From Chloroflexota bacterium (GTDB taxonomy: Bacteria > Chloroflexota > Dehalococcoidia > Lucifugimonadales > UBA3495), in the NCBI GenBank assembly GCA_027623675.1, contig JAQBVF010000013.1, positions 21,979 through 85,978 on the forward strand: a stretch of DNA of 64,000 nucleotides, read 5' to 3'. Below the pieces are notes generated by a model. The model made no database searches. It was not told where the DNA came from and saw only the letters and a program-made list of their open reading frames with translations. The position numbers and the translations under genes are program-made. Position 1 is the first letter of the stretch. The number at the start of each line of letters is the position of its first letter. Positions 51,507 through 61,089 of the stretch are shown here, piece by piece.

Positions 51507-52217
51507 TTAAGCAGCTAAGGCGGAGATATAGGTCTCAGCCCGTTCGCGCAGGCCCAGGAACAGGTTATCGAATAGCTTAGGCACTTCGTCCTGCCGCTCC
51601 GGGTGACACTGCAGTCCGATCACCCAGCTATGTTCCGGACTCTCCAACCCCTCTATCAACCCATCTTCCACTTCGTACGCGGTGGTCATCAGACGCGGCG
51701 CACGGTGTGCTTCCTTGAGTCCTTGATGGTGCAGGCTATTTACTTTGAAGAAGCCCGCCATTCCAATCACCGGCGCGGCTTTTGCGCCCGGCGCGATATA
51801 TATCACGTGGGAGCCGGGCACCCATTTGTCATCGACCTTCTGAGACCGGTGGCCGGGCAGGTCCTGAATCAGCTTGCCGCCGAACGCCACATTCAGCAAC
51901 TGCATGCCCCGGCAGATGGCCAAGACCGGCATATCACGCTCCAGCGCGAAATCCAGGATTCGCAGCTCCAGGTCGTCCAAAGGGCGGTTTAGCGTCAACC
52001 CGGCGTCGGGATCTGGTACTTCGCCGTAGAGGGCAGGGTCGACGTCGGGGCCGCCACACAGCAGGAGACCGCCCACGCCGTCCATCAGTTCTTCCGTGGG
52101 CAGGGAAGAATGGTCGTCTGGAATCAAGACCCGGGTCTCGGCCCCGGCGGACTCCATCACCGACACGTACCGCCTGGCGTTTTTGATGCCGGAAGATGTG
52201 ATTGCAACGATAGCCAT
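51507..52217 (-). CDS. Peptidase C26 / gamma-glutamyl-gamma-aminobutyrate hydrolase family
   Basis: GGPDVDPALY, LAICRGMQLLNVAFGG, VNSLHHQ, QCHPE; start 52217 or 52229. Confidence 0.9.
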   Translation of the reverse strand: MAIVAITSSGIKNARRYVSVMESAGAETRVLIPDDHSSLPTEELMDGVGGLLLCGGPDVDPALYGEVPDPDAGLTLNRPLDDLELRILDFALERDMPVLAICRGMQLLNVAFGGKLIQDLPGHRSQKVDDKWVPGSHVIYIAPGAKAAPVIGMAGFFKVNSLHHQGLKEAHRAPRLMTTAYEVEDGLIEGLESPEHSWVIGLQCHPERQDEVPKLFDNLFLGLRERAETYISALAA

Positions 52218-52472
52218 ACGACATAACATTGTAATTGAATCCTGCCTGCAATTACAGTGTTCCGGCGGCGGGGTTGGGCAAGTTTTCGCGTCTCTCCACG
52301 CCTGTTATCGTTTGCTCCCGTGCGCTCGACTTTGATAAACTATGCGTTAGGGAATCTGCTACTGTTATCGGGCGGCAAGGGTCATTATTTATCGAGACCG
52401 GCCCCATACCTGCCCCGGACCAGACCTGCAGTGGTTGTCAGACCCAGCTAGAAGGCAATTGGAAGGCGAAAG

Positions 52473-53636
52473 ATGAAAGAAGTGATACAGGGAGCCGTTG
52501 AGGACCTGACCAATGGTCAACCCTGTGTACTGGCGACGGTTGTCCGGACCAAGGGCTCGACCCCGCAGAAGGCCGGCGCGATGCTGCTTGTTCGGGAAGA
52601 CGGCAGCGGCGTGGGCACGCTGGGCGGCGGTTGCGTCGAGGGCGACATCTGGTTCGCGGCCAAAGAGATCCTGCGGCAGAACGGCGGTCCTGAATTCAAA
52701 GACTATTACTTGAACGAAGACATCGCAGCCCGCGACGGACTGGTCTGCGGCGGCACCATGTATTTCTATCTGGAACCGCTACAGGGGGCCGCCGATTTCC
52801 TGCCCATCGGTAATGAGATCGTGGAAGCCTACGACGGTGGTCAGCCGGTCAGCTTGGCCACGGTGGTCAACACCAAAGAAGGCGGACCCGCTTTGGGCGC
52901 CAAGTTATTGTTGCGCGTCGACGGCTCGGTGTCCGGTACCTTGGGTTCCGCCGAATTGGACGCCAAGGCCATTGAGATTGCTGAGAAGGTGGCAGAGGTT
53001 GGCAGCAACGAAGCCTTTAGCACCGCCGACGGCGCCGAGGTGTTTGTTGAAGGGTTTACGACCCCACCGACCCTGGTGATGGTGGGCGGCGGACACGTGG
53101 GCAAAGCCACCGCCGACCTGGCCCATTCCCTGGGCTACCGGGTCCATCTGGTCGACGACCGGCCCGAGTTCTGCAACGAGGAACGCTTCCCCTACGCTGA
53201 AGAGAGAGTTGTCGCCACCTATGACAAATGGGCGGAACAACTGGACCTGAATGTGAACACTTTCGTGGTGGTTGCCACTCGGGGCCACCGCTACGACGAT
53301 ATGGCCTTGGAATCGGCCCTAAGGACCCGCGCGCGGTACATCGGCGTGCTGGGCAGCCGCCGCAAGACCATCATGATATTCCGGCGTTTGCTCGCACAGG
53401 GTGTGCCCCTGGACCGCATCAAACAGGTATATGCTCCCATCGGCCTGAACATCGGGGCCCTGGAGCCCGAGGAACTGGCCGTAAGCATCATGTCGGAGAT
53501 CATCATGGTCCGGCGTGGCGGCGACGGCGGCCAGATGCAGATGGGCGAATGGTACGTGGACCGGGCGGCCAGCCTGGCGGAAGGCGCGGCCGAAAATTCG
53601 CCAGAACCCACGCCTGAAACCACTGTAGAAGTCTAG
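52473..53636 (+). CDS. XdhC/CoxF family molybdoenzyme maturation factor
   Basis: ATVVRTKGSTP, GTLGGGCVE, GLVCGG, repeated CoxI-like module, GGGHVG, YIGVLGSRRK, APIGLNIGA. Confidence 0.92.
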   Translation: MKEVIQGAVEDLTNGQPCVLATVVRTKGSTPQKAGAMLLVREDGSGVGTLGGGCVEGDIWFAAKEILRQNGGPEFKDYYLNEDIAARDGLVCGGTMYFYLEPLQGAADFLPIGNEIVEAYDGGQPVSLATVVNTKEGGPALGAKLLLRVDGSVSGTLGSAELDAKAIEIAEKVAEVGSNEAFSTADGAEVFVEGFTTPPTLVMVGGGHVGKATADLAHSLGYRVHLVDDRPEFCNEERFPYAEERVVATYDKWAEQLDLNVNTFVVVATRGHRYDDMALESALRTRARYIGVLGSRRKTIMIFRRLLAQGVPLDRIKQVYAPIGLNIGALEPEELAVSIMSEIIMVRRGGDGGQMQMGEWYVDRAASLAEGAAENSPEPTPETTVEV

Positions 53637-53641
53637 AGGTT

Positions 53642-54253
53642 ATGCCCGCTGTCTGGGCGATACTGCTAGCTGCGGGGGAATCCAGCCGCATGGGCCAACT
53701 CAAGGCCCTGCTGCCGTGGCGGGGCGCCACCCTGATCGAACACCAGGTGCGCTCATTGCTGGCTGCCGGCGTGGAGCATGTGGTGGTCGTCACCGGCCAC
53801 GACGCCGAACGCCTCAAGCCCAAAGTGGATGCCATCCAAGGTGCTTCCTGGGCGCACAACCCTGATTATCTACAGGGCAAGACCACCTCACTCAAGACCG
53901 GCGTTGCGGCATTGGCCCAGGTTTTACATCGAGAGCCGGTCACCGACATACTGTTGCTGAACGTCGACCAGCCCCGGAGCGCTATCACGGTGCGGACCTT
54001 GCTGGAGCGGCACCTGGCGTCGTCCAATCTGATCACCATCCCAACCCACGGCGGCAAGGGTGGGCATCCCATCTTCATCTCAGCCGGACTGCTCCCTGAA
54101 TTAGCCGATATCGACGAGGAGTCCCAGGGTCTAAAAGCCGTGGTGCGGCGGCACGCCGCCGCCACCGAGAGATTTGAAATGGACGACCCGTCGCTGCTTT
54201 GGGACCTGAACACCCCGGAGCAATACCAGGCAGCGGTGGACTCTGGGCTGTAA
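53642..54253 (+). CDS. Molybdenum cofactor cytidylyltransferase (MocA-like nucleotidyltransferase)
   Basis: ILLAAGESSRMGQLKALL, VDQP, GHP, DLNTPEQY; adjacent to XdhC. Confidence 0.88.
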   Translation: MPAVWAILLAAGESSRMGQLKALLPWRGATLIEHQVRSLLAAGVEHVVVVTGHDAERLKPKVDAIQGASWAHNPDYLQGKTTSLKTGVAALAQVLHREPVTDILLLNVDQPRSAITVRTLLERHLASSNLITIPTHGGKGGHPIFISAGLLPELADIDEESQGLKAVVRRHAAATERFEMDDPSLLWDLNTPEQYQAAVDSGL

Positions 54254-54272
54254 AAATCTCCAGGACTGTGAT

Positions 54273-54311
54273 TACGAAAAGACCCGGCTTGTTCGGCCGG
54301 GTCTTTTCGTA
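54273..54311. terminator. Bidirectional intrinsic terminator
   Basis: tacgaaaagacccggc-loop-gccgggtcttttcgta between convergent genes. Confidence 0.88.
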
Positions 54312-54345
54312 TCGCGGATTCGGGCGTCCAGCGGCCTGAGTTAAG

Positions 54346-55599
54346 TTAGGCCGCCCGTGCTTCTCTCGTGACGCGGTTATTCGGCATGGCCAGGGCGAAG
54401 AGGAGTCCGACAAAAAACAGGCTGGCCGCGAAATAGAACGCCGGGCCCCATCCGATGTATTCCACCAACACTCCGGCGACGACCGATGACATAGCCCCGA
54501 AGAAGGCGTTGCTGCCCCACATGAGGCCGATAAACGTGCCTTCCAGCCCCTTGCCCGAGGCCACGTCGATGGCCGCTGCTTGGGTTAATGAGTTAACCGA
54601 GAACAAGAACACGCCGAACAGGGCGACTGATATGGTCATGCCGATCCCATCGCCGCCCAGGAACATGGTAACGGGGAAGATGACGGCGGATGCCATGATG
54701 AACACGATGATGGGTTTGCGTCCGATGCGGTCGGATAGCGCGCCGAATAGCGGCCCGGCGAAGATGCCAGGCGCGGCCAGGAGGGCCACATGGAACCCGA
54801 CCCAGAAGTTGCTCAGTCCCAGTTGGTCGGATAGATAGAGAGGGATGACCCAGAGCAAGGAACGGTCGCCCATGCCCCGGACCGCGGATACGGAGAAGAT
54901 TTTCCACATTCCGGTGCCGCGGAACGATTCGCGCATGTCGCGCATCTGTGTTTTGAACTTGACCCGGTAATCGACGCCCTCGACTTTGGGGCCGCCCACG
55001 TTGCGGAGCAAGAAGAATATCAGGGCCGCCAGGGCCAGTAGCACCGGGGTCCCGCCGCCAACGATCACGCGCCAGCCGACGATGCCCAGCAGGCCGCCAA
55101 CGATCAACGGCCCCAGCCAGTCGCCAACGTTTCCGGTTGAGCGGTGCATGGATATGAACAGTCCGCGCTGCGCCGGAAAGCGTTGGGCCAGCAGTCCCAA
55201 CGCCGGCGGGTGCCAAAGAGCCGTGCCGGCCGAGGCCAGGGCCAGTGCGGCCAGTATCAGCCCAAAGGTCGGGGCTATGGATACCAGGAAATAGCCGATG
55301 GCTATGAGGCTCATGCTGAAGGTAAGGATGTGGGCCCGGCGATGCTGGAACATGTCCACGAAGAACCCGCCGGTCATGCTGGTGGCGCCGCCGGAAAGCT
55401 GCCGCACCGCGTCCAACAGGCCGGCCTGGATCGGGGCCAACCCCAAGGCGATGTATATCTGCGGGATCAGCACCAGGAAGGCGCGGCCATACATGTGTTC
55501 CAACGCGTGAGCGCCGATCACGCTGGTTGCCATCACGGAATCTTTGGTCCGGTTGAACTCAGGACTGGCGATCGCCTGTGGGTCAACAGCTTCAGCCAA
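54346..55599 (-). CDS. MFS transporter (Fsr-like)
   Basis: HALEHMY, WHPPA, GALSDRIGRK, about 12 TM segments. Confidence 0.88.
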   Translation of the reverse strand: MAEAVDPQAIASPEFNRTKDSVMATSVIGAHALEHMYGRAFLVLIPQIYIALGLAPIQAGLLDAVRQLSGGATSMTGGFFVDMFQHRRAHILTFSMSLIAIGYFLVSIAPTFGLILAALALASAGTALWHPPALGLLAQRFPAQRGLFISMHRSTGNVGDWLGPLIVGGLLGIVGWRVIVGGGTPVLLALAALIFFLLRNVGGPKVEGVDYRVKFKTQMRDMRESFRGTGMWKIFSVSAVRGMGDRSLLWVIPLYLSDQLGLSNFWVGFHVALLAAPGIFAGPLFGALSDRIGRKPIIVFIMASAVIFPVTMFLGGDGIGMTISVALFGVFLFSVNSLTQAAAIDVASGKGLEGTFIGLMWGSNAFFGAMSSVVAGVLVEYIGWGPAFYFAASLFFVGLLFALAMPNNRVTREARAA

Positions 55600-55728
55600 A
55601 ATCTCTTATCCTATGGGGTTGGGTGGAGAGGATTTGGAGGTCGCGGATTCATGCGGTTGGGATTATACACCGACGAAACTTGGCGGTAAAAGCGGACCTA
55701 GGTCACCATCGGGAAGGACCCTCCGGGC

Positions 55729-56726
55729 TCAGTAATCGTAGAAGAATCGCTGCAACTTTTTGGGGTCCTTGGTCACGGTTAGCCCCAGCATCAGTAGGAC
55801 CCGCGCTTTCGGAGGCATCAGGTTGTCGGAAACGATGAACCCTTGCTGCTCTTTCTTCGGGGTCATCACTACTCTGCCGGCCGTTGACCGGGTGCCCAAT
55901 ACCACCGGGATGCCGTCGTCCACCAGCTTCAGCGCGGCGTCGATCACGGCCGGGGGGAACGTTCCGCCGCCGAAGCCGGCCAGAACCAGGCCATCGGAGC
56001 CGTTGTTCCGCACCGCATCCACCAGCAGCCCGTCGGCGCCGGCGTAGGAGTAAACGATGTCCACTCTGGGGAGGCCGGTCAGGTCATCGTGGTGTCTACG
56101 GTATGGCGGCGCAGGGGCGCGCGGTAAAAGACCACCTTGCCGTCGGAGTCGGCGTACCCCAGGAATCCCAACTCGTTGGGACGGAAGGTCTCCACCCGGA
56201 ACGTGCTGGCCTTGGTTACGTCGCGTCCGGACTGAATCTCGTTGTTCAGCACGGTCAAAACGCCCAGACCCGCGGCGTCGGGGCAGGCCGCCGTGCGCAC
56301 GGCGTCCGATAGGTTCAGGTCGGCATCGGTGCTGAGAGCCGTTGGTGGGCGCATGGCTCCGGTGATGACCACCGGCTTGGGTGACTTCACAGTCAGGTGG
56401 AGGAAGTAAGACGTCTCTTCCAGCGTCGCCGTTCCGTGGGTTATGACCACACCCGCAACTTCTGGCTCCTCCCGGAAGATCTGGTTGATACGCCGGGTCA
56501 GTCCCAGCCATTCAGCCGCCCCGATCGCGGTGCTGCCCACGCTGACCAGGTCCTCTGATCTAACCTCGGCGATGTCCTGAATCTCAGGCACCCGGTCCAG
56601 GGACTGCTGGATGGTGATGTGCTCACCGATCTCCGGATAGAGGATGAAATCCATTCGGTCGGGGCCAACCCCGGCAATGCTGCCTCCGGTGCCGATGACC
56701 CTGACGATAGGTTTGGCGATCGTCAT
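55729..56726 (-). pseudogene. Asparaginase/glutaminase family gene, frameshifted near 56090
   Basis: N-domain (TGGSIAG, HGTATLEET, GAMRP) stops at 56079; C-domain (LPRVDIVYSY, GFGGG, DNLMPPKARVLL) continues in another frame. Confidence 0.8.
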
Positions 56727-56878
56727 GCGCAAGAACCTCGTTTATTGGAACTTGTTGGTAGATGTAAAATTGCCGAAATAACTCCGGGCAGGCGTCTGGC
56801 CTCGCCAGCAGTTATAATCACCGCAACATATTACCGGATTTAGGGCCCAGGAAACCTGTTCTAGGATTTCTGATTATT

Positions 56879-57611
56879 ATGCGGGCACTGATCTTATCCG
56901 ACATCCACGCCAATCTAGAGGCCTTGGAGGCCGTTCTCGCCGACGCCCAAGCGCGTGGCGGGTTCGACGTTGTTTGGTCTCTCGGCGACACCGTTGGTTA
57001 CGGACCCGACCCGGGCGCCTGCATCGACCGCATCCGTGAGTTTGAGCTGGTTGCCGTGGCGGGGAATCACGATTGCGCCGCCGTGGGTCTGATCGACGCT
57101 GCAGATTTCAACGATGCCGCCAAGGCCGCCGCCGATTGGACCACCGGGCAGCTAAACGCCACGCAGCGGGATTTCCTGACCGGCCCTGCCGATGGTCTCG
57201 GTTCAGGACCCGTTCACTCTGGTGCACGGCAGCCTGCGCGACCCGATCGTCGAGTACCTACTGGATAGAAACTCAGCGGCGGGCACGCTGGCGCTCTTGG
57301 AAACCAGGTACTGCGTCGTAGGCCACTCTCACATCCCCTTCGTCTGCCGGGAGATCGAGGGAAACCCAGAGTTCTGCGACTTCCCCGAGGACGGGCTGGT
57401 AGAGCTTGGCGACGGACGTTCGATCATCAATCCTGGCGGTGTGAGACAGCCCAGGGACCGCGATTCCCGCCCCAGCTACGCCATCTTCGAGACGGCCGGA
57501 AATGTCATAGAGCGCCACCGTGTGACCTACGATATCGCCAAGACCCAGAAGAAGATGCGGGCCGCCGATCTACCCCCGCACCTGATAGACCGGCTCGATC
57601 ATGGGATCTAG
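56879..57611 (+). pseudogene. Metallophosphoesterase (YfcE-like), frameshifted at 57184-57186
   Basis: SDIHAN, LGDTVGYG, GNHD in one frame; VHGS, GHSH, NPG...QPRD in the next; removing one C from ggccctg joins them. Confidence 0.82.
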
Positions 57612-57667
57612 ACCAAGACCAAGCCTTAATGTCACTCCCGATCTCCCGATTCAGGGCTGAAATCAAA

Positions 57668-57696
57668 TTGACACTACCTTCGGTTGTTGATAGGTT
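57668..57696 (+). promoter_or_regulatory. Promoter of tRNA-Lys
   Basis: TTGACA (57668-57673), 17 bp, TAGGTT preceded by TG. Confidence 0.55.
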
Positions 57697-57726
57697 GTAG
57701 GTCGGGATCTCCCCATAAAACGCAAC

Positions 57727-57801
<75 letters not shown>

Positions 57802-57816
57802 ATATCTAGGCACAAA

Positions 57817-57849
57817 GACGGCCTCTACACTGATCGTAGAGGCCGTTTG
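57817..57849 (+). terminator. Hairpin terminator after tRNA-Lys
   Basis: acggcctctac-actgatc-gtagaggccgt followed by tt. Confidence 0.7.
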
Positions 57850-57904
57850 AATAACAGAATCGTCTGGAAGTGGATTTATCCACGAGCAAGGCAAGGAGAC
57901 GGAA

Positions 57905-58042
57905 ATGGCTAAGGAATCGACTCACCGGGACGCGGAATCAAGGGCAGCAAGGATCGAGCGAAGAGTGAAAAAACGAATGGAGACAGTGGGCAGGAAGAAG
58001 TTGATGAGGATGTTGAAAACTAAATCAGTGGACGCCGAATAA
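57905..58042 (+). CDS. Small basic hypothetical protein (45 aa, not in the ORF track)
   Basis: MAKESTHRDAESRAARIERRVKKRMETVGRKKLMRMLKTKSVDAE; AAGGAG RBS upstream of ATG. Confidence 0.55.
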   Translation: MAKESTHRDAESRAARIERRVKKRMETVGRKKLMRMLKTKSVDAE

Positions 58043-58137
58043 GGCGAAAGTTCGAATCTAGATTGGAATGCCGGGTAGGACCAGGGCGGCACAGAGTTGC
58101 AGTAGAATGGCCTACATCCTGATGCTCGAAGGAGACC

Positions 58138-58332
58138 ATGACTACTAAGGCGAAGTTCTGCCCCCACTGCGGTGAAACCTTGGGCGAATCCGACGATTCT
58201 TTCTGCAAACTATGCGGCGCCAGCCTGATGGCGCCGGTGCCTGAATTGAGATGCCCCAGATGTCATGGGGCCATCCAAGATACGGACCTGTACTGTAGAC
58301 ATTGCCGTCACTTCACTTCTTCAGACGCCTGA
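58138..58332 (+). CDS. Double zinc-ribbon protein (64 aa)
   Basis: Four CxxC motifs (CPHC, CKLC, CPRC, CRHC); AAGGAG RBS. Confidence 0.8.
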   Translation: MTTKAKFCPHCGETLGESDDSFCKLCGASLMAPVPELRCPRCHGAIQDTDLYCRHCRHFTSSDA

Positions 58333-58391
58333 ATGTTGATTGGCAACCCCTAATTCCGGCCCGGAGACGGGCGACGCATCACAGGACACGG

Positions 58392-58422
58392 AAAGGCCCC
58401 GACTCTTAGACTCGGGGCTTTT
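58392..58422 (+). terminator. Intrinsic terminator
   Basis: gccccga-ctcttagac-tcggggc followed by tttt. Confidence 0.7.
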
Positions 58423-58471
58423 ACGTGTTTTTGAGATTACTCGAGAAGGCTCTCTGAGCTTCCCCTGCCCA

Positions 58472-58813
58472 TTAGTGGATAACTGAGGCTGCGGTAGGTT
58501 CGATCCTTGTCACCACGATCTTGTCGCGGTCGAGCATCGCGGGAATCCGGGGCGCTATATTATTCACCCACTCGTCGCTCTGGTAGACGGCCTTGTAGAG
58601 ACGCTCGCGTTCCGATTCGCTTTCGAACCGCCGGATCCACACGTACTGGTTCTCGTCTTGGGTTGCGTCGGGCCGCTCCCGTTCGCCACGGAAGCTGCCC
58701 ACGATAACCATGCCCTTGGACACCTGGAAGGGGATGATGGTTTCTTCCATAAACTGGACCCAATTGTCCCGCTGGCCGGGATTGGTCGTGTACTGCCGAA
58801 GTTCTAGGAACAT
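58472..58813 (-). CDS. NIPSNAP family protein
   Basis: MFLELRQY..PG, GMVIVGSF, YVWIRRFESE; aggag RBS. Confidence 0.85.
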   Translation of the reverse strand: MFLELRQYTTNPGQRDNWVQFMEETIIPFQVSKGMVIVGSFRGERERPDATQDENQYVWIRRFESESERERLYKAVYQSDEWVNNIAPRIPAMLDRDKIVVTRIEPTAASVIH

Positions 58814-58982
58814 CTCAATCTCCTGATCTGGTTGGTCTGGATCTGGGAATCTGGATCCGGATCGTCCCCAGATTTTACCCAATTTTCGCGAGCCGGATAT
58901 TCTGCGGTTGGTTAACCGGTTGAGATTTGAACTAGGCGGCATTCCGATCGGCGGGCGGAACGGCGTGAACGCTGGGCTCCGG

Positions 58983-59228
58983 CTATCTCGCGGCAACGAG
59001 TTGCAGTTTAGCCTTCCGGTCCAACGACTTTATCTGGTTCTCGCGTTTCAGGGCCTGCCCCCGGTCGTCGCAGTGTTCTTGATATACGAGATCCAATGGG
59101 CCACGGCCTTTGGTATATCGGGCGCCCTGGCCGGATCGGTGCGCGGCGATGCGGCGTTCCAAGTCGTTAGTGATGCCGGTATATAGTGTCTCGTCGGCGC
59201 ATTGGAGGATATAGACGGTCCAGCTCAA
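58983..59228 (-). CDS. Small GIY-YIG nuclease (UPF0213-like)
   Basis: WTVYILQCADETLYTGITNDLERRIAAH...GARYTKGRGP...ALKRENQIK; TTG start inferred. Confidence 0.88.
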   Translation of the reverse strand: MSWTVYILQCADETLYTGITNDLERRIAAHRSGQGARYTKGRGPLDLVYQEHCDDRGQALKRENQIKSLDRKAKLQLVAAR

Positions 59229-59546
59229 AAGCCAAGGTCCTTCGCGGTCAGTGCCAGCGTTTGGATGTGAAGATGCGGGTCGGTTAGGGGCTGACACAGG
59301 GATTATGCCAGATGGGACTTGGTGGGTTAAGCAGGGGCCAGGTGCGGCCTGCGCGCAGTTATCCGCCGGGGACGGCGATGCGCGTATCCGAGTCACCGAG
59401 GAAGATCTAACCCCGATCCAACGAGATACGTCTCCGGTCTACCGCGCGGTCTCCTCCTGGTATCTGGAGCTGAAGTCCCCCGCACCATCGCCAGTCCCAC
59501 TTCGATGCCACCAGCTTGTCCGTCGGCCGCAAGAACAATGCGGAGG

Positions 59547-60215
59547 CTAGTTTGGGAGGAGACCCATCTCCTGAAGCCTGGCATAAACTTTTGGATAGAG
59601 TCTCTGTTGGCAGTCGGGGCAGATGCCGTGGCTGAATTCCGCTTCGGAATGGGCTGAGATATAAGCCTCCATCTGGCTCCAGTCGCCTGAGTCATTGCGG
59701 ATCTTCTTGCAGGAGGCACAGATCGGCAGCAGGCCCTGTAGGACCTTGATGTTGTCGATCGCATCTTGCAGTTTCTTGTTGGCGTCGCCCAAGAGAGTGT
59801 TGGCGCGTTTCTGGGCGTCGATGGAGGATTTCAGTTTCAACGCCGACTCAACCCTTACGCGCAGTTCAAGTTTGCTAAACGGCTTCGTCACGTAATCCGT
59901 CGCGCCGGCCTCGAAGGCATTTCTCAACTGCTCCATCTCGCTCTCGCCGGTAATCATGATTACCGGAACGTCAGAAAAGCCCATCTTGGTTTTGATCTGA
60001 CGGCAGGCGTCGATTCCGTTCATTCCCGGCATCACGATGTCCATCAAGATGAGGTCGATGACGCCGGACGCCGGCGCCTTCGGTTCTGAGGTTAGGTGTT
60101 TGAACGCGTCATATGAGGATTCAACGGTCGTGATCTGGTTGTAGCCGAACTCTTCCAGATAATCCGACAGCATCAGAAGCATATCGGCGACGTCGTCAAT
60201 GACCAGAACCTTCAT
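59547..60215 (-). CDS. Response regulator: receiver + coiled coil + Cys/His C-terminal domain
   Basis: VLVIDD, ILMDIVMPGMNG, DYVTKP; C-terminal LPICASCKKIR...FSHGICPDC; start 60215 inferred. Confidence 0.88.
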   Translation of the reverse strand: MKVLVIDDVADMLLMLSDYLEEFGYNQITTVESSYDAFKHLTSEPKAPASGVIDLILMDIVMPGMNGIDACRQIKTKMGFSDVPVIMITGESEMEQLRNAFEAGATDYVTKPFSKLELRVRVESALKLKSSIDAQKRANTLLGDANKKLQDAIDNIKVLQGLLPICASCKKIRNDSGDWSQMEAYISAHSEAEFSHGICPDCQQRLYPKVYARLQEMGLLPN

Positions 60216-61089
60216 GTCTTTGATGGACCGGGGTTCTGCCCACTGCGTTCTGGACCAATCAGGATCGATGAAAAGGCGCTGGCAAGAACAACCGGTATCG
60301 CCGTATGAACCGTCGATTTTTGGGTGGGTTTCCATGATTTACGAATCCTTGCAACGGAGGACTATTGACCATACTTCCATCGCTGATTGTTCAGAAATAG
60401 TCCTTGTGGGTCCTGTCTACTGGACTCTACGGGCCATGTTGGCGGCTTGTTTGGGCCATTTCGCAAGTCCGGCGGGAACGATTGGCGCCCAAAGTTGACA
60501 AATTTTCGAGCCACGGGGAATCATAGGCCGACTAACGAGCAGGAGATTCGGCGATCCGGCGATCTGTTGAACGTTCTCGGTTGATTCGCCTGGTTTCACG
60601 ACTGATTATCCGAAACCATAGTCGAAGTAACCACAGATGGGCAGATGCTTCAGCAGGGAAATCCCAAACCATCTGCCAAACCATCTGAACGAAGATTTTT
60701 CCATTCGTTACTTGATTGAGACTGCGTTCCGCGGGCAGGCGCATCAGTCGGCGCATCCTGTGGACCAGTGGGGGGTATCGGAGATGCAGCAACAGCCTCG
60801 GTTCCTTATGCGCGCAGCAAAGCGTTGCCAGGCGATGGACCCCCAGCGGGCCAAATGGTCCTTTCTCATGCACCCAGCGGATTCCCGGTTTTGGCCGAAT
60901 TGGTACTGAACAAAAATCCTAAGCAGGTTTAGATTGCTGGTGCGGGGATTTGAATCTCGTATGAATCTGGTTTGAATCGTTGCGTAGATCCGAAAAAGGT
61001 CAAGGTATTTATCCGCCTGGCGGTCGGGCCTATCGGCCACTGGTGGAGCATACCGAAGGTATCGGCAACTTTGGTGGGCCGCCGTTAAT

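Noticed and set aside
52340..52472. Moco RNA motif upstream of XdhC
   Set aside because: No recognisable conserved Moco-motif elements.
57170..57200. Programmed ribosomal frameshift in the phosphoesterase
   Set aside because: No slippery heptamer or stimulatory structure; a one-base insertion in a C-run is simpler.
58983..59228. Homing endonuclease or intron
   Set aside because: Only about 80 aa, matching the stand-alone UPF0213 type; no interrupted host gene.
59251..59550. 99-aa + strand ORF
   Set aside because: No motif or clear RBS; cannot be supported as a gene.
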